Source of the DNA: Candidatus Fermentibacteraceae bacterium
GTDB taxonomy: Bacteria > Fermentibacterota > Fermentibacteria > Fermentibacterales > JCC-6
Length of the DNA stretch: 64,000 bases
Direction of reading: 5' to 3'
Assembly (NCBI GenBank): GCA_041750285.1
Contig: JBGSZS010000007.1
Coordinates: 207,700 to 271,699, forward strand
Below the pieces are notes generated by a model that was not told the origin of the DNA, searched no databases, and was given only the letters and a program-made list of their open reading frames with translations. Made by a program: the position numbers and the translations under genes. Below are positions 19,939 to 28,679 of the stretch, in pieces; positions within the stretch are counted from its first letter, which is position 1, and the number at the start of each line of letters is the position of its first letter.

Positions 19939-21240
19939 TTACGCCTCCGGGAAGAACATGCCGAAGAGAACGCCGCTTACAGCGGCCATGAACACCACGA
20001 GTGATACGAAGGTGACAGTCTTTCTGGTTCCCAGGACTGTCCTGATCACCAGCATGTTGGGGAGCGACAGGGCAGGCCCGGCGAGAAGCAGGGCAAGCGC
20101 CGGCCCCCTTCCCATGCCCGAACCGATAAGTCCCTGGACAATGGGAATCTCGGTGAGGGTTGCGAAGTACATGAACGCGCCTGCAACCGATGCGAGCAGG
20201 TTGGCCCTGATGGAGTTGCCACCGACGGCTGCTTCGACCCATTCCGATGGGATCCATCCCTCGTGCCCGGGCCTTCCCAGAAGGGCTCCCGCAACGATCA
20301 CGCCTGCGAAGAGCAGGGGGAGAATCAGCTTCGCGAAACCCCAGGTTTCGTCCGCCCATCTGCTTCCCTCACCCTTGCTTGTGGCCAGCGCCCATGCGAA
20401 AGTGACGATGCCGAGGCCGAAGGAGGCCTGCGCTCCCGCGTGGAACAGGGCGGCCATTCCTGCGACCAGTGCCACAAGAAGCATCTTCCAGACCCTCACT
20501 CCGAGCCAGAGCACCGCCGCAACCCCGGTAACCGCAGCGAACACCGAGGTGATGACCCATTTCCACGCCCATACCGTGTGCCAGAGGCCGGTCGCGTTTT
20601 CCGGAGCGCTCCAGTTCGCGAAAACAAGGAGCCCCACAAGGGAGGCGAATACAAGAACCCTCTGAATGAGCGGCTGTGTGTCTTCCACGTCGTCGAATGC
20701 GAAACCCGCGCTGCGCGCCGTCTCCTCCTTCCGGAAGATCAGATGCATGAGAAGGCCGATCACGACGCTGAACAGCACGGCCCCAACTGCCCTGGCAACG
20801 CCCAGCTCGATTCCGAGCACCCTGGCCGACAGGATTATTGCAAGAACGTTTATCGCAGGCCCGGCGTAAAGGAAGGCCGATGCCGGACCAAGACCCGCGC
20901 CCATGCGGTATATGCCCGCGAAGAGGGGCAGGACGGTGCAGGAGCAGACCGCCAGCACGGTTCCGGAAATGGAAGCCACGCCATAGGCAACAGCCTTTTT
21001 GGCCTTTGGTCCCAGGTACTTCATCACCGCCTCCTTCTTAAGGAAGACGGCAAGTCCGCCGGCGATGAAAAGGGCCGGCAGCAGACAAAGGACAACGTGC
21101 TCCCTTGCATACTCGTGCAGAAGGTGGAACGATTCGGTCACACCACCCCAGAAGCGGTCGGATGAAAGTGGCATGTGGTACGCCCCCGCGAAGACCAGAA
21201 GCATCAGAAGCAGGGTTTTCCAGTCCGCCCTGAAGCTCAT
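19939..21240 (-). CDS. ArsP/DUF318-family permease
   Basis: EYAREHV.LCL.PA.FIAG, LAVCSCTVLPLF, FLYAGPAIN, MYFATLTE.PI, LLAGPALSLP. Confidence 0.88.
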   Translation of the reverse strand: MSFRADWKTLLLMLLVFAGAYHMPLSSDRFWGGVTESFHLLHEYAREHVVLCLLPALFIAGGLAVFLKKEAVMKYLGPKAKKAVAYGVASISGTVLAVCSCTVLPLFAGIYRMGAGLGPASAFLYAGPAINVLAIILSARVLGIELGVARAVGAVLFSVVIGLLMHLIFRKEETARSAGFAFDDVEDTQPLIQRVLVFASLVGLLVFANWSAPENATGLWHTVWAWKWVITSVFAAVTGVAAVLWLGVRVWKMLLVALVAGMAALFHAGAQASFGLGIVTFAWALATSKGEGSRWADETWGFAKLILPLLFAGVIVAGALLGRPGHEGWIPSEWVEAAVGGNSIRANLLASVAGAFMYFATLTEIPIVQGLIGSGMGRGPALALLLAGPALSLPNMLVIRTVLGTRKTVTFVSLVVFMAAVSGVLFGMFFPEA

Positions 21241-21542
21241 CGGCAGCCCCCGCATGTCTCGGAGAGGACCTGCTCCACGCACTTGAGGAAACTGGTAAGG
21301 CAGGGCGTCAGAAGCCTGTAGAACACTTTGTTGGCGTCTTTGCGGGAATCGATTATCCCTGCGTTCCGAAGCACGCCGAGGTGGCGGGAAACTGTTGAAA
21401 TATCGGAACCCACGATCGCTGTGAGTTCCGTGACGGTTTTCTCACCCTGCTCCAAAGCTTCCACAATGAGCAGCCTGGAAGGGTGGGCAAGGGAAGAGAT
21501 CACCCTGGCCCTGAGTTTGAGTGATTCCGTATCCGATGGCAT
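21237..21542 (-). CDS. arsR: ArsR/SmtB family transcriptional regulator
   Basis: LAHPSRLLI, ELT....D.STVSRHL.VL..AG, C-terminal Cys residues; GGAGG SD. Confidence 0.9.
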   Translation of the reverse strand: MPSDTESLKLRARVISSLAHPSRLLIVEALEQGEKTVTELTAIVGSDISTVSRHLGVLRNAGIIDSRKDANKVFYRLLTPCLTSFLKCVEQVLSETCGGCR

Positions 21543-21554
21543 TCGAACCTCCGA

Positions 21555-21597
21555 TGACAGTGTGTTTGCAATATAGGCCAAACACCCAAACTGTCAA
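21555..21597 (-). promoter_or_regulatory. Sigma70-type promoter of the arsR operon, overlapped by an inverted-repeat operator
   Basis: Minus strand TTGACA (21597-21592), 16 nt, TATATT (21575-21570); inverted repeat GTGTTTG (21562-21568)/CAAACAC (21579-21585) with outer TGACAGT/ACTGTCA arms. Confidence 0.7.
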
Positions 21598-21613
21598 TCG
21601 GAGACTTTCGCCG

Positions 21614-22174
21614 CTACTTCCGCTTGATGATGCTTTTCCAGCCGGTCTGGGCAAGAACCGGGGGGACCCTGCCGCTCCCCAGCGTTCCCACCGGTTCTGT
21701 CACGAAGAACACGTCGGGGTCGATCAACCTCACCTGCTGCATTATGGGCCGGAACTCCCGCCTGGGGCAGACCGTGTAAAGTTCCGTCACCGTGCCTGTC
21801 ATGCCCCTTCCCTCGAACTCGGTCACCGGGAAGCCCATCTTCCTTATGTGCGCGGCGAGTTCGACGGCCGATTCCCTGGCGATTATCTTGATGACGATGG
21901 CGCCCATTGCAATGCGGCGTTCGATCATTATGCCCACCACGTTCCCCGTGGCGAACCCAAGCGCGTAGAAAACGGCAATGGCGGGGTTGTCCCTTACGTG
22001 GGCGATGACCGTGGAGATGACGCCGAGCCAGATGCTGATCTCGACAAAACCTAGAAGGAACGCCAGCAGGGTCCTGCCCTGAACGATGCTGATGGTGCGC
22101 ATGGTTCCAAGAGAAACATCGAGAACCCTGGCCGCGAAGACCATCAGGCCGGTCAGAAGGATGGCGGTTGTCAC
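21614..22174 (-). CDS. DUF5698/DUF2179 (UPF0316) membrane protein
   Basis: ARVLDVSLGTMR, GFVE..IW, YALGFATGN.VG, G.G..G C-terminal domain. Confidence 0.88.
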   Translation of the reverse strand: MTTAILLTGLMVFAARVLDVSLGTMRTISIVQGRTLLAFLLGFVEISIWLGVISTVIAHVRDNPAIAVFYALGFATGNVVGIMIERRIAMGAIVIKIIARESAVELAAHIRKMGFPVTEFEGRGMTGTVTELYTVCPRREFRPIMQQVRLIDPDVFFVTEPVGTLGSGRVPPVLAQTGWKSIIKRK

Positions 22175-22647
22175 CGTGGCCGCATGACTGTCAGGGCGGC
22201 CGTGAACCCCTGATCCGAGGATACCAGGTAGATGCCCGGTGGAATTCCGGAAAGCTCAAGGAGAGCGTCCCCTTCCGACGAGGCGCATGCTTCGGCTGCA
22301 AGCCTTCCCGGCAGTGAGAACAGCCTGACATGCGTGCCGGGGGCAACTCCGGACACGCAAACCACTCCGGCGGCCGGGTTGCAGGACAGCGTTGGCGCGT
22401 CTATGGAACCTGCCTGAACGTTTTCCCACCAGACCTTGTAGATGGCCCTCATGGGGCAGTATGGCAGGCATGCTTCACAGCCCGTGCACAGCTCGGGATC
22501 TATCCATGCGTTACCAGCCTGCATGCTGATGGCCCCCTCGGTACAGGATTGAATACAGTTCATGCATCCGTTGCACTTGGCGGGGTCCACCTGGCAGATC
22601 CATTGAAGCATTCCCAGAAGCGCCGGCAATAACAGAGCGTAAGGCAT
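22171..22647 (-). CDS. 2x[4Fe-4S] ferredoxin with hydrophobic N-terminus and T9SS type-A/FlgD-like C-terminal sorting domain
   Basis: CNGCMNCIQSC and CTGCEACLPYCP; C-terminal CNP...VRLFSLPGRL...LSGIPPGIYLV; AAGGA SD before ATG 22647. Confidence 0.75.
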   Translation of the reverse strand: MPYALLLPALLGMLQWICQVDPAKCNGCMNCIQSCTEGAISMQAGNAWIDPELCTGCEACLPYCPMRAIYKVWWENVQAGSIDAPTLSCNPAAGVVCVSGVAPGTHVRLFSLPGRLAAEACASSEGDALLELSGIPPGIYLVSSDQGFTAALTVMRPR

Positions 22648-22781
22648 GTCGCGTCCTTTCGGGATCGATTCCCACTTTACCGGGGAAATATAACTCAATC
22701 CATCTTCACACTTCCTTAACCCGAGGCGGACATCGTACATGGGGTTTGTTCCCATGTACCCGAACTCCCGGAGGTGTTTGC

Positions 22782-23222
22782 ATGCCGGTTCCAAGGGTCC
22801 TCTTTCTGTGCAGCCGGAATTCCGCCCGCAGCCAGATGGCCGAAGCTTTCCTGAACGTTCACGGAAAAGGGCTTTTCGAAGCCCACAGCGCCGGTCTCGA
22901 GCCTTCCGCGATCCACCCCGCCACACTCCAGGTGATGAAGGAGCGCGGTCTCGATCTCGAAGCTCTCGGTCACAGGTCGAAAGGCATCTGGGATGAGTTC
23001 ATCTCGCGTCACGTGATGGTCGGCTACCTCGTCACGGTCTGCGACAGGGCCGAAGCCAGGTGCCCCATCTATCCCGGCCCCCACATCAGGGAGTACTGGG
23101 AGATCGAGGATCCCGCCGGAGCCACCGGAAGCGATGAATTCATCCTCGGAAGGTTCAGGAAGACGAGGGATGAGATCGAGGAAAGGGTCATCCGGTTCGC
23201 AGGAGAACACGGGGAGGCGTAA
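22782..23222 (+). CDS. arsC: Arsenate reductase, thioredoxin-dependent (LMW-PTP fold)
   Basis: VLFLCSRNSARSQMAEA, SAG, VTVCD.A...CP, W.IEDP, FR..RDEI. Confidence 0.9.
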   Translation: MPVPRVLFLCSRNSARSQMAEAFLNVHGKGLFEAHSAGLEPSAIHPATLQVMKERGLDLEALGHRSKGIWDEFISRHVMVGYLVTVCDRAEARCPIYPGPHIREYWEIEDPAGATGSDEFILGRFRKTRDEIEERVIRFAGEHGEA

Positions 23223-23258
23223 CCCGCCGGGGAGGTTGCCCGCAGCCCGATTTCATCC

Positions 23259-23311
23259 TATGGTTCAGCGTGCCGTGCCTTAACGGGTGGGGGGTTGCCC
23301 GTACCCTTTTT
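23259..23311 (+). promoter_or_regulatory. Candidate riboswitch/attenuator (DUF1646/Na+-I-like) with overlapping intrinsic terminator, upstream of rnfC
   Basis: Mutually exclusive hairpins ACGGG/CCCGT versus GGGTGGGG/CCC-G-TACCC followed by T6; resemblance to the Na+ riboswitch consensus is from memory. Confidence 0.4.
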
Positions 23312-23341
23312 ATGTGTTTCATCGCTCAAATCAGGAGGACT

Positions 23342-24658
23342 ATGAGCAGGGTAAGGTCTTTTTCCGGAGGAACACATCCCCCGGGCAACAAGGAGCTGAG
23401 CCGTTCCCGGGAGATCGTTCGGATCCCCTCCCCGGACACGGTGACCGTCTCCCTTTGCCAACACCTCGGCGCGCCTTCCACGCCGGTGGTCAAGCCCGGT
23501 GACACCGTGACCTTCGGCCAGGTGATCGGGGAGAGGAACGGCTTCATAAGCCTGCCCACCCACTCCCCGGTGAGCGGGAAGGTGCTCAGCGTGGGCGAGG
23601 CCCCCATGCCCCACAGGCGAACGGGCCCGGCAGTGGTAATCGCCGTAACCGATCGCGAAGAGTCACCCGTTTTCGAACCGTGGCCGGACTGGCGCAACCG
23701 CCAGGCATCCCTCATCATCGACAGGATACGGGACGCGGGGGTCTGCGGAATGGGCGGGGCATGCTTTCCAACGTTCGTGAAGCTCTCGCCGCCGCAGGGC
23801 AGGAAGATAGACATGCTGATAATCAACGGTGTCGAGTGTGAGCCGTACCTCACAGCCGACCACAGGCTCATGCTCGAGAACCCCTCCGATGTGATCGAGG
23901 GTATGAACATCCTTGCAATGGTCCTCGGTGTTGTGGATCCCTGCATAGGCATCGAGGTGAACAAACCCGATGCTATAACCATTCTTCGGAACGCGGGAGC
24001 CAGAGTGGTGCCCCTCGCGGTATCCTACCCACAGGGTGCCGAGAAACAGCTCATCGACGCCGTGTGCGGCCGGAGGGTTCCTGCGGGAGGGCTTCCGCTC
24101 GATATCGGGGTCGTGGTGCAGAACGTCGGGACATGCGCCGCAGTGGCTCATGCCGTCAGGGACGGCATTCCATCCGTTTCGCGGATAACCACCGTCACCG
24201 GGCGCGGCGTTGCCGTCCCCGGAAACTTCCATTGCGTGGTGGGAACACCGGTATCCGTTCTGGTCGAGGCCGCGGGAGGCTACACTCCCGAAGCGGAGAG
24301 GCTTGTCTCGGGCGGCCCGATGATGGGCATGGCAATGTACACCGACGAGGCTCCGGTCACCAAGGGCACCAGCGGCATTCTGGTCCTGTCGGGCGCCGAG
24401 GTTCGGGACAGTGCCGAAGGCCCCTGCATAAGGTGTGGCAAGTGCGTGGACGTCTGCCCCATCAACCTTTGCCCGAGCCTCATCGCCAAGGCGTCCGAGT
24501 ACGGGAACTGGGCAATGGCGAATGACTTCGGAGCCCTGAACTGCATGGCATGCGGAACCTGCAGTTTCGTCTGCCCCGCCGGCAGATACCTTGTTCATTA
24601 CATAAAGAGGGCCCAGAACGAGATACGGGCGGCCGCCCGTTCCGGAAAGGGGGCATGA
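23342..24658 (+). CDS. rnfC: Rnf complex subunit C
   Basis: F.GG.HP, QHLGAP, GMGGACFPT.VK, NGVECEPYLTAD, YPQGAEKQL, GGPMMG, two ferredoxin motifs. Confidence 0.96.
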   Translation: MSRVRSFSGGTHPPGNKELSRSREIVRIPSPDTVTVSLCQHLGAPSTPVVKPGDTVTFGQVIGERNGFISLPTHSPVSGKVLSVGEAPMPHRRTGPAVVIAVTDREESPVFEPWPDWRNRQASLIIDRIRDAGVCGMGGACFPTFVKLSPPQGRKIDMLIINGVECEPYLTADHRLMLENPSDVIEGMNILAMVLGVVDPCIGIEVNKPDAITILRNAGARVVPLAVSYPQGAEKQLIDAVCGRRVPAGGLPLDIGVVVQNVGTCAAVAHAVRDGIPSVSRITTVTGRGVAVPGNFHCVVGTPVSVLVEAAGGYTPEAERLVSGGPMMGMAMYTDEAPVTKGTSGILVLSGAEVRDSAEGPCIRCGKCVDVCPINLCPSLIAKASEYGNWAMANDFGALNCMACGTCSFVCPAGRYLVHYIKRAQNEIRAAARSGKGA

Positions 24659-25779
24659 TGCCCGAGGCAAGACGTTTCGAGCTGGCCATGTCTCCCCATG
24701 TGTCGGCCACCGCCACCACAAGGCGCGTCATGACGGATGTGTGCATCGCACTCCTTCCGGCCCTTGCCGCGGCGGTTTTCTTCTTCGGGTTCAGGGTTCT
24801 TCTACTGACGGGTCTAAGCGTCATGGCAGCCGTTGCCGCGGAGTTCCTGTGCCTCAGATTCATGAAGAAGCCAGTGAATGTCGTTCTGGACGGAAGCGCC
24901 GTGGTGACAGGCATCCTGCTGGCGTACAACGTTCCGCCCGGTGTGCCCTGGTGGCTGCCCGTGCTTGGCAGTTCCTTTGCCATCGTGGTCGCCAAGCAGG
25001 CTTTCGGCGGCCTGGGCAACAACATAGTGAACCCCGCCCTTCTGGGAAGGGCCTTCCTGATGGCCAGTTTTCCCGTCCTCATGACCGCGGGATGGTGGGC
25101 GCCCCTTGCGAAGGGTCCCTCCGGGAACGATTCCTGGGACCAGTCCGGCATGCCGTCGGCCGATCTTATGGAAGCCGACGTGATGACCGGCGCGACCCCG
25201 CTGAACCTTCTGAAACAGACCTACACCTGGGATGCAGGCGCCGCCGAGGCCCTCGAGGGAGGAGACGGAGACGGCGCTGCCGCCCTTCGTGAGAAAGCCT
25301 CCGAGGTCAGGGCGATGCTTTCCTCCGGCCAGACCAGGCTCAGTCTCCTTCTCGGAAGGGTGGGCGGATGCATCGGAGAGACAAGCGCTCTGATGCTCAT
25401 TCTCGGAGCCCTCTACCTGTTCGCCAGGAAGGTTCTCGAACCCCGCCTTCCCCTTTCCTACCTCGGCGCAGTGGCCCTTTTCGGATGGCTGTTCGGTGGT
25501 CCCGGTTTCTTCCGGGGAGACCCCCTTTTCCATCTTCTCTCGGGGGGTGTCATTCTCGGCGGTTTCTTCATGGTCACCGACATGGTGACCACACCCGTGA
25601 CCAAAAAGGGCAGGATCATCTTCGGAGTGGGGGCTGGAATTCTCACCATGGTCATCCGGCGATGGGGCGGCTATCCGGAAGGGTGCAGCTACTCCATCCT
25701 TCTCATGAACCTGGCGACCCCCCTCATCGACCGCTACACGAAACCCCTGGCTTTCGGGGAGGTGAGGAAGAATGGCTGA
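24655..25779 (+). CDS. rnfD: Rnf complex subunit D
   Basis: SPH, DGSAVVTG, KQAFGGLG.N..NPA, FMN site TGATPL, GCIGETS, MVTD.VT.P, GGYPEG. Confidence 0.96.
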   Translation: MMPEARRFELAMSPHVSATATTRRVMTDVCIALLPALAAAVFFFGFRVLLLTGLSVMAAVAAEFLCLRFMKKPVNVVLDGSAVVTGILLAYNVPPGVPWWLPVLGSSFAIVVAKQAFGGLGNNIVNPALLGRAFLMASFPVLMTAGWWAPLAKGPSGNDSWDQSGMPSADLMEADVMTGATPLNLLKQTYTWDAGAAEALEGGDGDGAAALREKASEVRAMLSSGQTRLSLLLGRVGGCIGETSALMLILGALYLFARKVLEPRLPLSYLGAVALFGWLFGGPGFFRGDPLFHLLSGGVILGGFFMVTDMVTTPVTKKGRIIFGVGAGILTMVIRRWGGYPEGCSYSILLMNLATPLIDRYTKPLAFGEVRKNG

Positions 25780-26374
25780 GGTCATCAAGCTCGGTTTCGT
25801 CCTGATGGTGGTGGCCGTCATTGCAGCGGGATCCCTGGGGTTCGTGAACGGCTTCACAGCCCCCCTGATTGCCCAGCAGAAGGAGCAGGCAAAACTCCTC
25901 GCCATGGAGACTGCCGCGTCCTCGCTGGTCAGCGACGGCTCCGAAGTCTCATTCGACAGTCTGGCCGTACCGGGGATGGGCAACCCCTACGCTTCCGTCG
26001 ACGAAGCCCTCCAGGTGGTCGGGGTCTACTCCGAAGGCCATCTCAGGGGCTTCGTTTTCATAGCATACGGCCGGGGTTATTCCAGCACCATTCAGACAAT
26101 GGTGGCGTGCGGTACCGACGGTGTCGTCACTGGCACCGGCATTCTCTTCCAGCAGGAGACCCCCGGCCTGGGCGCCAATGTGGCCAACCCTGAAAGGCTC
26201 ATCGCCGGGTTCAGCGGCAGAAGCGCCCCGGGTCTCGTTCTCACCAAGGATGGCGGCGAAATCGACGCCATAACGGGCAGCACCATTACTTCCAGGGCAG
26301 TAACCGTCTCCGTCCGGAGGGGGCTCGAGGCCATGGATGCCGCGGGTCTTTTCACTGAGGGGGGTGCGCTGTGA
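25772..26374 (+). CDS. rnfG: Rnf complex subunit G
   Basis: N-terminal TM helix, GY...I, ETPGLG, FMN site DAITGSTITS. Confidence 0.93.
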   Translation: MAEVIKLGFVLMVVAVIAAGSLGFVNGFTAPLIAQQKEQAKLLAMETAASSLVSDGSEVSFDSLAVPGMGNPYASVDEALQVVGVYSEGHLRGFVFIAYGRGYSSTIQTMVACGTDGVVTGTGILFQQETPGLGANVANPERLIAGFSGRSAPGLVLTKDGGEIDAITGSTITSRAVTVSVRRGLEAMDAAGLFTEGGAL

Positions 26375-26982
26375 GCCTTGCCCATGAGTTCGTGAAGGGC
26401 ATATACAAGGAGAATCCCATCTTCAGGATCGTTCTGGGGATGTGCCCGTTCCTCGCAGTTACCTCCAGTGTGGAGAACGCTCTGGGAATGGGCGCTGCTG
26501 CGGGATTCGTGCTTGTCTGCTCGAATTTCCTGGTTTCGCTTCTGCGGAACGCCATACCCTCGAAGGTTCGCATACCGTGCTACATAGTTATCATCGCAAC
26601 ATTCGTAACCATCGTTGACCTCATAATGAACGCCTACGTGCCCGACCTTCACCGCAACCTGGGCATCTTCATCCCCCTCATCGTAGTCAACTGCATCATT
26701 CTGGGGAGGGCCGAGGGGTTCGCAAACAAGAACACCGTTCCTGCAGCCATTGCCGATGGACTTGGCATGGGACTTGGCTTCACCTTCGCCATGATAGTGA
26801 TGGCAACCTTCAGGGAGATCCTCGGCAACGGAACCTGGCTGGGCATCAACCTGCTTGGCGAAGCCTACACGAACCAGCCCCTTCTCATAGCGATCCTGGC
26901 CCCGGGTGCCTTCATTCTCATGGGATTCATCCTTGGTTTCTTCAACATCATGGACAGCAGAAGGAAAGGAGGTGCGCGGTGA
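26371..26982 (+). CDS. rnfE: Rnf complex subunit E
   Basis: ENP....LGMCP.LAVT, LGIFIPLIVVNCIILGRAE, REILG.G, APGAF. Confidence 0.95.
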   Translation: MSLAHEFVKGIYKENPIFRIVLGMCPFLAVTSSVENALGMGAAAGFVLVCSNFLVSLLRNAIPSKVRIPCYIVIIATFVTIVDLIMNAYVPDLHRNLGIFIPLIVVNCIILGRAEGFANKNTVPAAIADGLGMGLGFTFAMIVMATFREILGNGTWLGINLLGEAYTNQPLLIAILAPGAFILMGFILGFFNIMDSRRKGGAR

Positions 26983-27623
26983 CCTCGTTCCTGATGATCT
27001 CAATCCTTGCCCAGGCTTCCGGTGCTCCGGATCAGGGGTTCAGTTTCGGCACGATGATGACCATCATCATCGGCGCCATCTTCATCAACAACTTCGTGCT
27101 GAGCCGCTTCCTCGGGATATGCCCCTTCATGGGTGTCTCGAAGCAGCTTGACAGTGCCGTGGGAATGGGCGCTGCGGTGATCTTCGTCATGGCTCTTGCC
27201 ACACTGGGGTGCTGGGGGGTCTATCACCTGCTTCTCGTCCCCCTGGGCATCGGGTATCTCAACACGATAGCCTTCATCATAATAATCGCCGCCCTGGTCC
27301 AGCTCGTCGAGATGATCCTCCTCAAGTTCAGCCCTGCGCTCTATCAGGCGCTGGGCATCTACCTTCCGCTTATCACGACGAACTGCGCCATCCTTGGCGT
27401 GGCGGTTCTGAACATCGACCAGAAGTACAGCCTGGGGTACAGCCTCATCAACGCGGTTGCAGCGGGGATAGGCTTCACCCTGGCCCTGGTGCTCATGGCA
27501 GGCATCCGGGAGAGGCTTGAGCAGGCGCCCATTCCCCCTGCGCTCAAAGGGCTTCCCATAGCGTTCCTGATGGCCGGTGCCATGTCGATCGCTTTCCTGG
27601 GCTTTGCCGGGCTGGGAGGGTAG
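26979..27623 (+). CDS. rnfA: Rnf complex subunit A
   Basis: NNFVL..FLGICPF.GVS, LGIYLPLITTNCA.LG, IRERL. Confidence 0.95.
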   Translation: MTSFLMISILAQASGAPDQGFSFGTMMTIIIGAIFINNFVLSRFLGICPFMGVSKQLDSAVGMGAAVIFVMALATLGCWGVYHLLLVPLGIGYLNTIAFIIIIAALVQLVEMILLKFSPALYQALGIYLPLITTNCAILGVAVLNIDQKYSLGYSLINAVAAGIGFTLALVLMAGIRERLEQAPIPPALKGLPIAFLMAGAMSIAFLGFAGLGG

Positions 27624-27626
27624 CAT

Positions 27627-28664
27627 ATGAACCCACATCTCCTTCTTTCAGCGCTCACCTCTTCAGGGATCCCTTCGGGGGTGACGATACCGGTTGTCGT
27701 TCTGGGCGGTATCGGCCTTCTTCTGGGACTCGGTCTCGCCCTGGCGGCCAAGAAGCTCGCGGTTCCAAGGGATCCCAGGGTGGAAAAGGTGAACGAGGTC
27801 CTTCCCGGGGCCAACTGCGGAGGGTGCGGTTATCCCGGCTGCGCGGCCTTTGCGGAAGCTGTAGTGAAAGGTGTAGCCGCGCCGGGAGGCTGCGTTGCGG
27901 CCGGCGCCGGGGTCAATGCCCGGATAGCATCCATCCTCGGTGTCAGCGTGGACGAAAGCACAAGGAAAGTCGCGGTGCTTCATTGCGGGGGCGGGCACAG
28001 CGCGGTCGACGCGTTCACGTACAACGGCCCGGAAAGCTGCGCGTCCGCCCTTCTGGTAATGGAAGGCCACAAACTTTGCAGGTACGGATGCCTCGGGTTC
28101 GCGGACTGTGTGAAGGCCTGTCCGTTCGGGGCGATGGACATTGGCGAGAACGGGCTTCCCGTGGTGATGCCCGAGAAGTGCACCGGGTGCGGCAAATGCG
28201 TGGCCGCCTGCCCCAGGGGTCTTCTTGCTCTCTGGCCCGAGGACAGGAAGGTGATAATAGCCTGTTCAAGCAGGGACAAGGGCGGTACGGCCCGCAAAGC
28301 CTGCACGGTGGCATGCATCGGATGCGGCAAGTGCGCTAAGGCCTGCCCCGTCGAGGCCATCACGATCGACAGCTTCCTGGCCTCCATCGATCCCGCAAAA
28401 TGCATCAACTGCGGTATTTGTGCCGGGGAATGTCCCACCTCGGCAATACTTGACATGGTCCCCACAAGACCCAAGGCTTTCATTGACACGACATGCATCG
28501 GATGCACCCTCTGCACGAAGGTGTGTCCCACAGGCGCAATAGTTGGGGAACTCAAGGGCAAACATGAGGTTATACCCGAGAGATGCGTTGGGTGCGGCCA
28601 GTGTGTTCCCAAGTGTCCGAAGAAATCCATCAGAATGATGGGGACCCACCTGACCCAGCCATAG
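27627..28664 (+). CDS. rnfB: Rnf complex subunit B, polyferredoxin type
   Basis: TM anchor, [14 protein letters not shown], six further CxxCxxCxxxCP-type motifs. Confidence 0.94.
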   Translation: MNPHLLLSALTSSGIPSGVTIPVVVLGGIGLLLGLGLALAAKKLAVPRDPRVEKVNEVLPGANCGGCGYPGCAAFAEAVVKGVAAPGGCVAAGAGVNARIASILGVSVDESTRKVAVLHCGGGHSAVDAFTYNGPESCASALLVMEGHKLCRYGCLGFADCVKACPFGAMDIGENGLPVVMPEKCTGCGKCVAACPRGLLALWPEDRKVIIACSSRDKGGTARKACTVACIGCGKCAKACPVEAITIDSFLASIDPAKCINCGICAGECPTSAILDMVPTRPKAFIDTTCIGCTLCTKVCPTGAIVGELKGKHEVIPERCVGCGQCVPKCPKKSIRMMGTHLTQP

Positions 28665-28679
28665 AACGAAGGAGCAGCC

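Noticed and set aside
18630..28664. UGA-recoded selenoproteins among the thioredoxins, permease, ArsC, RnfB and RnfC
   Set aside because: All catalytic and ligand positions are Cys codons, and the TGA stops fall at normal family C-termini or start/stop overlaps.
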